64,000 bases of DNA. It comes from a virus. Its lineage: Duplodnaviria; Heunggongvirae; Uroviricota; Caudoviricetes. Shown in pieces: positions 47,901-56,033 of this stretch (positions are counted from its first letter, which is position 1; every line of letters begins with the position of its first letter). The notes beneath the pieces were generated by a model, which was not told the origin of the DNA, searched no databases, and was given only the letters and a program-made list of their open reading frames with translations. Position numbers and translations under genes: made by a program. Location: IMG/VR virus record IMGVR_UViG_3300021354_000001, positions 67-64,066 of that record; one strand, written 5' to 3'.

Positions 47901-49996
47901 GTCTTAGTGTTAGTCAACCTGATGTAGTATTTGGTGGAGATACATTTATTACTAGGTTTGCATTTAAAACCAAACTACCATTCTTTATAGATAATAGAGT
48001 GAATGCTCCTGATGACAGTGATGTATTCTATGATGAGATAGGTAATGTTGCCTATCCTCAATACTGGTATTCAGCTAGGTCTGTATTAAGTAACTATATA
48101 GCAGGAACAGTTACACTAAAGAATATTATATCTATAAAAGCTCACAACCTTGATTGTGCTAATGATGCCACTGTGTTAGTAGGTACAACTACAACCACTA
48201 CAACTAGTGCTGGAACATTTGTTACATCAAGTTCTACAACAATGTCTTACACTGGTAAGATGTATTTATTTGCTTATGGTATTCCTTCTTTCTATGTAGA
48301 GAGTTCTGTTAATGTAGATTTACGTCAAGCATTTAATAACTTAGAAGGTGATTTCTATCCTCACGTGAGTACAGGTATTCCTGATAACTGGTTACAACAA
48401 TCTGTTGTTCCTATTCAGTTTGATAATACCTATCACTATAATGTAACATATTCTAGACAGAACAAAGAGAACTATTTCTCTCATCTACCTGTAGATTGGG
48501 ATGATAATCAATGTTATACAAACTTTCCTTTTAGAGCAATTTATTCTGAAGCACAATTAAATGATCCTAGCATCAAGGTGAACAACTGGTTGACCTATGC
48601 TCCAATATCATTCTTTGATTTTCCTCAAACATATGGTGATCTTGTATCATTAGATGGTATTCAAAATAAAGCTGTACTAGCTAGATTTGAAAACAAGAGC
48701 TTGTTATATAATACAATGCTTACAGTTCAAACTAGTAATCCACAAGCTGCCTATTTAGGAAATGATACATTATTTAGATCTGCTCCTCCAATTGATTTTG
48801 CTGATACAGATCTTGGTTACATGGGAAGTCAGAATAAAATGTTATTAAAGATTCCTAATGGACAAATAACAATAGATGCTAAAAGAGGACAAATATTCTT
48901 AGTTGCTGGTAATCAAGCACAAGAACTATCTGCATTTGGTTCTGGATTAAATAGATTCTTTACAGACCATTTAGCCTTTGAAATTCTTAGATATTTCCCC
49001 ACTGCTAATACAGATAATCATTTTAATGGTTGTGGGTTGCATGGTGTATATGATAGTAAATATGATAGACTTATTTTATCAAAACTTGATTATGTTCCTC
49101 AATTTGATAAAATAGGCATTATTAAATATAATGACACTTTACAAAAGTATTATATAGAACATACATTAGGAGAAAGTGTATTAATAGAATATATAGACCT
49201 AACAAATAGAAAGTATTTCTGTAATAAAAGCTGGACACTATCTTTCAATTTTAGTACAAGAACTTGGATTAGTTTTCATAGTTATATTCCTAATTGGTAT
49301 ATAGCTGAGAATAACTTTTTCTATTCTGGATTAAATGAAGGATGTGATTTAGAAGCAATAGCTGTTCAGGAGATTCCTACACCAACAACAACCACTACCA
49401 CAACAATTGTATTAGATTGTGCATTAGCAGGATTTGCTGTTATAGGACCATGTGAGTTAGATGGAACTGCGTATACAAATGATCCAGTTCCTACAACCAC
49501 TACAACAACTAGTAGCAGTACGTCAACTACAACCACAACATCAAGTAGTACATCAACTACAACAACCACAACAACAGCAACACCTACAACCACTACAACC
49601 ACAACAATAGCACCACCAACTACCACCACTACAACTAGTAGTAGTACATCAACTACCACAACAACTACCACAGCAGAACCAACAACCACTACTACAACCA
49701 CAACTGGAGAACCAACTACAACAACTACAACATCAACTAGCACAACAGCACCACCACCACCAACTACCACTACTACTACTACTGCTCAAACATATTATTA
49801 TTATAGTGGTACTCAGTATTTAAATTGTATATTAAATGGTCCAACTAAAATATTAAGGTCAACAAGTCCTTTAACTCTATCTTGGGTTTGTGGTGGTGAT
49901 GGATATCAGTATAGTGTAGGAGCAATTGATTTAGGACCTGCTTATGATGCTGATGTAATATCTGAGTGGACAAACTGTGCAGATGCAACTTGTTAA
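44942..49996 (+). CDS. giant tail or baseplate/adhesin-like protein with a C-terminal mucin-like poly-Thr/Ser repeat region
   Basis: 1684 aa. Residues from about 1480 to 1620 are low-complexity and built from repeats of the form T(6-8) SSSTSTTTTT. Confidence 0.5.
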   Translation: MADQEQGNVRQETNSGQSGLNMDSSIGQVPKGALTYALNAAVENFDANSVNYQNEPGNEFCLNFPENFHNIGNHFIPEQNKHIFFLVNPETGASQIGYMENNDCVYVQYIQGDCLNFNINYPIHKAVHKITNCVTEIYWTDGLNPRRYLNLTNPPWVTIYVDGIICDPVVEEGVIDCNKLNIQPNFSIPELVIADVTNVGDLTAGTYQFAIQYASAIGDGYTSYYSVTNPTSIANPQLTTLDFNYAVGRAIIINIDNLDLTGYFQYYNLAVIKTINGVASVELIGTYFIDGLANQITYTGQNLTQIPLSTADIFEKFPYYDIAQDLTAVQDILVWDNLTSIDKINYQNIANKIDLQWETYKLPSTDSYANALNTVNLRGYLRDEVYAFEITFLLKNGKQTDSFHIPGRAKNSNEAYPDVPSTNPDFIGSGTSAPYWQIYNTASVTGTAIGPPIGNATPYQYGDFAYWESTEEYPCNTLVWGNLAGAHIRHHKFPDVLISPIFETPTPEYNVDGTYKTTMQNDAIYPIGVRVSTDQIVQLINQSTLTQQEKNNIAGYKITRGDRSTNKSIVAKGILRNVGKYEREKTEYYYPNYPYNDLNKDPFLLEKNNGFNSQCGTFKILVYAAGTLQYTDCNTGELTVENVGFYTLTQCSMTVPVMLTGAAVIENMTATSYTLAAFYDGVTTWANFQYTIPGGSSATAFVEVDKPQTISSSTVPTYTNGTGKYSITQVNNINIACYPDELEAFNDDSSKYRQVFNSPETSFGQPILGNILKLESAIYGAGKAHFVQVKKHALYKLISEQAQVEALTSSYNIAFITGSFDSTAMFTAYQAYLQIYINGISRRNFTYSFNSIASYDYSADIANNIGVKQRELDIYQYLIPGVQSVGDDHNVNNFQRESSVYLKTKETVQPLPFPNQTPSVVVAGKSLISDNSRFTLSQRNTCTIPEMQEHIDTICYYASLKTMFINQWGQMYSYSTIDTGFQRIFNSLSVSQPDVVFGGDTFITRFAFKTKLPFFIDNRVNAPDDSDVFYDEIGNVAYPQYWYSARSVLSNYIAGTVTLKNIISIKAHNLDCANDATVLVGTTTTTTTSAGTFVTSSSTTMSYTGKMYLFAYGIPSFYVESSVNVDLRQAFNNLEGDFYPHVSTGIPDNWLQQSVVPIQFDNTYHYNVTYSRQNKENYFSHLPVDWDDNQCYTNFPFRAIYSEAQLNDPSIKVNNWLTYAPISFFDFPQTYGDLVSLDGIQNKAVLARFENKSLLYNTMLTVQTSNPQAAYLGNDTLFRSAPPIDFADTDLGYMGSQNKMLLKIPNGQITIDAKRGQIFLVAGNQAQELSAFGSGLNRFFTDHLAFEILRYFPTANTDNHFNGCGLHGVYDSKYDRLILSKLDYVPQFDKIGIIKYNDTLQKYYIEHTLGESVLIEYIDLTNRKYFCNKSWTLSFNFSTRTWISFHSYIPNWYIAENNFFYSGLNEGCDLEAIAVQEIPTPTTTTTTTIVLDCALAGFAVIGPCELDGTAYTNDPVPTTTTTTSSSTSTTTTTSSSTSTTTTTTTATPTTTTTTTIAPPTTTTTTSSSTSTTTTTTTAEPTTTTTTTTGEPTTTTTTSTSTTAPPPPTTTTTTTAQTYYYYSGTQYLNCILNGPTKILRSTSPLTLSWVCGGDGYQYSVGAIDLGPAYDADVISEWTNCADATC

Positions 49997-50012
49997 AATA
50001 TAAAATAAAAGT

Positions 50013-50879
50013 ATGTCTAAGGTAATAATAGTAAAATTAACAGGAGCTGGAAACAGAACTGGACCATTCACAATCAGTGATAATCTAGGTAATGTTCTAG
50101 CTACAGATATTCCTAAAGAACAACTTATCATAGGAGTTGTGTACACTGTAGATGATGCAGTGACTACTATTATATTACAATCCACTGGCAAATGTCACAC
50201 TGTTATATCAATAACAATAGGAACAGCAACAGTTGAGGAGTTAGCGGCTATTACATTTACAGAAATTAATACTTCTAGTTTATGGAGACATTTAACTAAC
50301 ACATTGATTTACAATACATATTATGATAATATAGAACCTTACATAATTGAATATCCATTCTTCTATCAACATCATGATGAAATACTTCAGAATGTAAAAG
50401 ACTTCTCAAGAGTGTATAAATATCTTCCTATACCAGATGGTGTATTCAATGATAATGCACAGATACAAACTGATAACCAATATTTCAATAAAGCTATTCT
50501 TTATAATGGTCAGCAGTCAACTGGTATATTAGAACTAGTTGCTAAACCAATTAATAACTTAAAGGAATATTTGAAGTATCCTTTATATAACGCTGAGAGT
50601 AAGACAGTTACGTACACTAAGAATGATAGTTTCTATCAATATAATACGTTCTGGAGTCTTGTTAAAAATAAATCCATACCTTTGTTTGTAACTGGTTGTG
50701 AATCATTATCAATAGATAAGATTATAAATCAAGCAAATATGGATTATGGTAAACGTTCATTCAAGAAAGAACCACTAAGAGCTAAAGGTTTAATGGTGAG
50801 ACACATTCTTGATAATGCATCTGATGCACATATAGTTTCTCAATTTATTATTACACCTGCTCAAATCTCTTATAAGTAA
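50013..50879 (+). CDS. hypothetical tail protein whose N-terminal domain is paralogous to the 40832 gene
   Basis: 288 aa ORF. Confidence 0.4.
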   Translation: MSKVIIVKLTGAGNRTGPFTISDNLGNVLATDIPKEQLIIGVVYTVDDAVTTIILQSTGKCHTVISITIGTATVEELAAITFTEINTSSLWRHLTNTLIYNTYYDNIEPYIIEYPFFYQHHDEILQNVKDFSRVYKYLPIPDGVFNDNAQIQTDNQYFNKAILYNGQQSTGILELVAKPINNLKEYLKYPLYNAESKTVTYTKNDSFYQYNTFWSLVKNKSIPLFVTGCESLSIDKIINQANMDYGKRSFKKEPLRAKGLMVRHILDNASDAHIVSQFIITPAQISYK

Positions 50880-52702
50880 TGGCTAAGAAGTTATCACAAG
50901 CTAAGGCTATAGAAATGTTAAAGAATCCTCCACATGGGATGGCTTTAACTGATAAACAGAAGCAATACTTCACTGACGTAGCTACAGCAGAACCATCACC
51001 ACTTGCAAAAATGGGTGGATGGTTAGATAAGTTTGCTGAAGGTGGACAACTATTACAAAAGAAAACTGATAATTACAACAAACAAGGAAATTATAATGAT
51101 GCACAAGCATCAACAGGTCCAGGTTATACAGGAACAGGATATGATACAACAGGTAGAAACTATTCTCCTGCATGGGGTGGACAGTTTCAGAATGGTGGAT
51201 TCTTACAACCAAATGATTGGAGATTACCACAAGGATATAAAATACCAAATAGAGATTCTAGTACAGAACTAGCTGCATCTATTGGTGGAGAAAATGGGGA
51301 ACCAGCTTATTTAATTCCTACATTTAAACATGGACAACCTTTAAAAGATCCTATTGCTGAATATAAAAAGACAGGTGAACATTTAGGTGGTCCATTTAAA
51401 ACATGGCAAGAAGCTGAGAAGTTTGGTGAGATGAGACATACATATGTAGAAAAAGGACAATCAATTCCTTCTCCATATAAAACTTGGGGAGAAATGCAAA
51501 TGGGTGGAAGTATGCCAGGTGCTGTAGGATTCATGTATGCACGTACAGCTGGTGCTGCTCCTGATAACGGTCCTTATGCTAAGAAGACAAAAGCTTCTGC
51601 ACAGAATGGTAAAGAGATGTCTTTCTACCAAAATGGACTTGATTGGAAACCTAATAATATAAGTAGAGATGGTTCTGTAATAAAAGATGACAGAGGTCAA
51701 TGGGCACATCCAGGAGAGATAACAGAGATAGGTTCTAACAACATTACAATGGAAGGAGTTGATTATCCTGTCTTAGGCGTTAGTGATACAGGTGATACAA
51801 AACTTATGCAACCTGGAGAAGATTATAAGTTCAAGGGTAAGAAGGTTACAGAATATCCTCAAGCTCAAAATGGTTGGTTAGGTAAGTATGATAACAATAC
51901 AAGTGATGCAACAAGAGTTGCTCCTAAAACGATTCCTCTATCTGAAGAAGAAAAAAGACAAAACTTAATAAAACAATCTGAGCAAAATAAAAGAGAACTT
52001 GATTATAATCAAAAGGTTATTGCTGAAAGAAAAAAGGCTAGAGATACAAAAGGTAGTGTAGCAGAACATAATTTTACTACAGGAGAAAAGTTTAGAGCTT
52101 TCCCTAATAGTGTTGGTGGAGCAGGAGAATTATTTGATGAATATATTAATCCTGCAAAAATTGTAGCTGATAGAGCATCTAGTTTAGGTAATTCAAGAAC
52201 ACCATTAGAAGCACTTGGCAGTGTAGCTACAACCGCTGGATTTGGTACTTTAGGATTTGATCCATTAGGAAATGCAATAGCAGCAAAAGGATTAGTAAAT
52301 CCTGCTCTTGAATCTATAGATAAATATCTTACAGAAGATGAATTAATTAATTTATATAGAATACAAGAAAAAGGAGCTAAGACATTTGCTGAAAGAGCTG
52401 CTGAAGGAAATATACCTAAATATTTTAATACACCAGAAGTATTAGCTAGAAAAGCTGAGGAAGAAAAATACTTTGGTCAATGGTTTACTAATGATAAGAA
52501 TGATTTAGATTGGTATAAAGGAGATAGAGAATTTGATAATCCTGAAATAATTAATCTTAAAATACCTAAATCTAAACTTTCTCAATATCAAAACTATGAT
52601 AAAACATTAAGTAGAGCTCCTGATAGAGAGTTTGTTATTCCTCATGATGAGCAAAAATTATACAAAAAGAAAAATGGTGGTTGGTTAAACAAATATAAAT
52701 AA
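50879..52702 (+). CDS. large virion protein with a repeated AQNG / NGGW short motif
   Basis: 607 aa containing GGWLDKF, QNGGFLQP, AQNGKEM, AQNGWLGKY and a C-terminal KKKNGGWLNKYK. Confidence 0.4.
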   Translation: MAKKLSQAKAIEMLKNPPHGMALTDKQKQYFTDVATAEPSPLAKMGGWLDKFAEGGQLLQKKTDNYNKQGNYNDAQASTGPGYTGTGYDTTGRNYSPAWGGQFQNGGFLQPNDWRLPQGYKIPNRDSSTELAASIGGENGEPAYLIPTFKHGQPLKDPIAEYKKTGEHLGGPFKTWQEAEKFGEMRHTYVEKGQSIPSPYKTWGEMQMGGSMPGAVGFMYARTAGAAPDNGPYAKKTKASAQNGKEMSFYQNGLDWKPNNISRDGSVIKDDRGQWAHPGEITEIGSNNITMEGVDYPVLGVSDTGDTKLMQPGEDYKFKGKKVTEYPQAQNGWLGKYDNNTSDATRVAPKTIPLSEEEKRQNLIKQSEQNKRELDYNQKVIAERKKARDTKGSVAEHNFTTGEKFRAFPNSVGGAGELFDEYINPAKIVADRASSLGNSRTPLEALGSVATTAGFGTLGFDPLGNAIAAKGLVNPALESIDKYLTEDELINLYRIQEKGAKTFAERAAEGNIPKYFNTPEVLARKAEEEKYFGQWFTNDKNDLDWYKGDREFDNPEIINLKIPKSKLSQYQNYDKTLSRAPDREFVIPHDEQKLYKKKNGGWLNKYK

Positions 52703-52722
52703 ATCATACAATAGATTATAAT

Positions 52723-55700
52723 ATGAAAGATCAAATCTTAAAAATAGCAAAAGTTAAGAACGAGGCTGAGTTCTATCGTAAATATCCTTCTGAAGAAGCA
52801 TTCATGAAAGCTCATAAGAAAGAATTCAAGAAAGCTGCTATGGGTGCCTCTATGGTAAAAAAGCAATTAAGTCAACTGACTGATTTTGGTAATCCTCCAG
52901 AAGCACAGAATGGTATGGCCTTTGGTGATTTATTAGCTAATGCTAATGCCATGAATGCAGGTGTTAGTAGAAAGCAATATGATGTACAAAACCAACAAGC
53001 ATTAGATGCACAGAATGCACAAGCTGCTGCTAATAGTAAAAACTCAATGTCTCAAATAGGACAGATAGGTGATTTAGTTAATAACTTTGTTAATACAAAA
53101 GATACTAATTCTAAATTGAATTCAGCAGGAATGCAGCTTGGAGATATTATGAGTGGCACATTTAAAACAGGTGGACACTTACCAATAGCACAAAGTGGAT
53201 TTGATTTTAGTGGTCTTGCTAAAGTGATTGGTGGAACTACACAAAAACAAGGTGGATTAGGTAGTGCTCTTGCAAATGCAACTGGTTTTGGTGGAGGTGC
53301 TGATAGTATTACAAGTAATGCTACAAGTAGTCTTGGTGGTGCTGGTGCTGCTGCAGGAATGGGTGTATTAAATGCTGCTCCAGATATTTTAAATGGTATT
53401 AGTCAAATAAAACAACAAGGTCAAAATATTAAGAAGGCTGATCAAATGTCTCAAATATCAGGACTTACAGCACAAGCTGCTGAATCAAGACCTGAGAAAA
53501 TACAAAACAAATATGTAAGACCTGAAGATTCTTTAGTAACAGGACTAAGTCCTCAAGGTAGAGGTTATAATCCTCTTGCTCAATATGGAGCTCAGATAGG
53601 TGGTAATCCCACTGAAATACAGAATACATATAATCCTGGTGATTTATATTCAGACCTTGGATATGAGCCTTTAAATGATAGTAATGTAAAACAATATAGA
53701 AGAGGTGGTAGTATTCCTACAGCAGAGTTTGGAGAATATTTTCAAAACTCTGGACAAGCATCAATTGGTAAAGGAGTTGGTAGTGCTATAGGATCTGCAT
53801 TCTTTGGACCAGTTGGTAGTATGGTTGGTGGATTACTTGGTACAGCTGCAGGAAACTTATTAGGTGGTGTAGATGATGCTAGAAAACTTCAAGGTTTCCA
53901 AGATCAAACAAAAGCAAATACAGAAAAAGCTGCATGGGCTGCAGGTGCTCAATCTATGCAAGCTCAGAACAAAGCATTTATGGAAGATGGTGGATGGGTG
54001 AGTAATGATTGGCAACCACAAACTATTACAACCTTTGGTGAATATAAACTAAAAGATTTATTAAAACCTCCTCATGATGCAGATATGTTAAGAGCTGGTG
54101 GTCATCTTAAGAACTACACTCCTCCTAGTGAAGAAGCTATGCAAACATATGCAATGGGTGGTGATTTAAAAACTCATTGGGGTGGATATGCAGAACCTCT
54201 TTCTCAAAATCCTAATCTACCAGATGGTGGACAAACAGTGATGTTTAGAGGACAATCTCATGATGATACAAATGGTAAAGGTCAATCTGGTATAGGTGTT
54301 ACTTATGGTGATAATCCTGTAGAAGTGGAAAGAGGTGAACCAGCAGTTAAGTTACAAGATGGTGGTAATCCAGATGGTAACTTAGTAGTGTTTGGTGATA
54401 TGTACATTCCTAAATATGGTGCATCTGAAATAGGAGATGAGAAAGCAAAAGGTAAGAAGTTTAAAAACTATATAGCTGATATAAGCAAGAATGATAAGAA
54501 ACAATCAAAGGTTATTAGTAGGGCTACAGAGTTAGTAAATGGTGCTGATACAAATGATCCATTTGATAAACTATCTATGAATGCTGGTCAAGCAATGTTA
54601 ATGGGTGCAACCGCTAAACAAAAAATAAATGCTGATAAGATAAATGCAGCAGCAAGTATACAGAATGCTATTCTTGATACAGCCAAAGAACATGGTCTTA
54701 TATCAGCAGATCTTGCAAAGGGTGTAATTACAAAAGATAAAAAAGGAGATGGTATGGCTAAATATGGTAAGAAATTAGATAAGGCTCAAAATGGTACAAA
54801 GAAAAAGTTTATTGATAGTAATCCTCCATATCTACCTTTAGATTATAATTCAAATGTAGGAAATCAAATAGTACAGAGAGCTCTTGGAAATAATTATTCT
54901 GTACCAACATTAGATGATGGACAACCTCCAATAGTTCCACCATTGTTACCTGCTGGTTCATATCCATATATACCAAGAGTAAATACATTAGATCCTTCTA
55001 CTTATGCTCCAATTACTGCAATTGATCAACCTGTTAATGTTGATAATACATTAAATAATCAAATGCCTATTAATCATAGATGGGATATTACTCCTGAAGA
55101 ATTTAAAATGGCTAAAACATCTAAAGATAAAAAGTTTGATTGGGAAGATTTTTCTAAAGCAGCAATGTCTAATATTGCTCCTTTACTTAGACCTACAAAC
55201 CAAGAACCTCTTGATCCTAATCAGTTAATGGGAGAACAATTTGCCTTAGCTCATAATCAAGTGGAGCCTGTTAAAGCTCAACAATATTCTCCAATGGGAA
55301 TGGTTGGACCTCAGAAGTATTATCTAGGAGATCAAGTTAATGCTATTACATCACAAGCACGTGCTGCTATCAGAGCTGCTGGAAATAATCCTGCTGCTCA
55401 AGCACAGATTATGGCTCAAGCTAGTGACCAAATCAATAAGGTGAAAGGAGAAGAATTCAGAATGAATCAAGCTGCTGAGTCTGAAACATTTAATAAGAAT
55501 AGAGATCTTTGGAACCAAGCTCAATTACAGAACTTAGGTATAATGGATCAACAATATGTAAGACAAGCTACAGCTAAATCTAATACTAAGTCTGAAGCTC
55601 TTGCTGCTCTTAATTCTATATCTTCTAAGATTGCTGAAAGCAAGCTTGAAAATAGAAAACTAGGAGTTATGGAGAACATGTACAACTTTAGATTTGATGA

Positions 55701-55947
55701 TAAAGGAAGAGCGTATAACGTTAATGAGCCAAACTCTTTTAATATTCCTACAGTTGGTTCAGGAGCAACCTCTGCTGATACAGCAGGTACTTCTAAAAGT
55801 AATCTATCTGAATATGAAAGAGCTAAAGCAATATATGATGCTTACAATAAAAAAATTAAAGATGATACAAAAGCTATAACAAAGAAAAATGGTGGTAATG
55901 TCATCTCTAGAAATGGTTCTATTGTAAAAGCTCTAAAAACTCTATAA
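52723..55947 (+). CDS. giant Gly/Asn/Gln-rich virion protein, a candidate tape-measure or internal ejection protein
   Basis: 1074 aa with Gly-rich low-complexity segments, AQNG motifs and KKNGG close to the C-terminus. Confidence 0.4.
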   Translation: MKDQILKIAKVKNEAEFYRKYPSEEAFMKAHKKEFKKAAMGASMVKKQLSQLTDFGNPPEAQNGMAFGDLLANANAMNAGVSRKQYDVQNQQALDAQNAQAAANSKNSMSQIGQIGDLVNNFVNTKDTNSKLNSAGMQLGDIMSGTFKTGGHLPIAQSGFDFSGLAKVIGGTTQKQGGLGSALANATGFGGGADSITSNATSSLGGAGAAAGMGVLNAAPDILNGISQIKQQGQNIKKADQMSQISGLTAQAAESRPEKIQNKYVRPEDSLVTGLSPQGRGYNPLAQYGAQIGGNPTEIQNTYNPGDLYSDLGYEPLNDSNVKQYRRGGSIPTAEFGEYFQNSGQASIGKGVGSAIGSAFFGPVGSMVGGLLGTAAGNLLGGVDDARKLQGFQDQTKANTEKAAWAAGAQSMQAQNKAFMEDGGWVSNDWQPQTITTFGEYKLKDLLKPPHDADMLRAGGHLKNYTPPSEEAMQTYAMGGDLKTHWGGYAEPLSQNPNLPDGGQTVMFRGQSHDDTNGKGQSGIGVTYGDNPVEVERGEPAVKLQDGGNPDGNLVVFGDMYIPKYGASEIGDEKAKGKKFKNYIADISKNDKKQSKVISRATELVNGADTNDPFDKLSMNAGQAMLMGATAKQKINADKINAAASIQNAILDTAKEHGLISADLAKGVITKDKKGDGMAKYGKKLDKAQNGTKKKFIDSNPPYLPLDYNSNVGNQIVQRALGNNYSVPTLDDGQPPIVPPLLPAGSYPYIPRVNTLDPSTYAPITAIDQPVNVDNTLNNQMPINHRWDITPEEFKMAKTSKDKKFDWEDFSKAAMSNIAPLLRPTNQEPLDPNQLMGEQFALAHNQVEPVKAQQYSPMGMVGPQKYYLGDQVNAITSQARAAIRAAGNNPAAQAQIMAQASDQINKVKGEEFRMNQAAESETFNKNRDLWNQAQLQNLGIMDQQYVRQATAKSNTKSEALAALNSISSKIAESKLENRKLGVMENMYNFRFDDKGRAYNVNEPNSFNIPTVGSGATSADTAGTSKSNLSEYERAKAIYDAYNKKIKDDTKAITKKNGGNVISRNGSIVKALKTL

Positions 55948-56033
55948 CCAATTCAGTTATACCAGATTAACACAAATGGTTAATTCTCTTGGTATATATA
56001 ATATTTTAAGTTACATTTGTTAATTCTAATACT

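Noticed and set aside
49366-49770. 134-aa minus-strand ORF encoding poly-Val/Gly
   Set aside because: It is the antisense shadow of the poly-Thr codon repeat (ACN read backwards gives GTN) inside the 1684-aa gene. It is not a gene.
52723-55947. Endolysin or lytic transglycosylase domain within the giant proteins
   Set aside because: I looked for glycoside-hydrolase or peptidase catalytic motifs such as the E-S/T of lytic transglycosylases and the H-x-H of peptidases. I could not identify any convincingly by eye. The question is left open rather than asserted.
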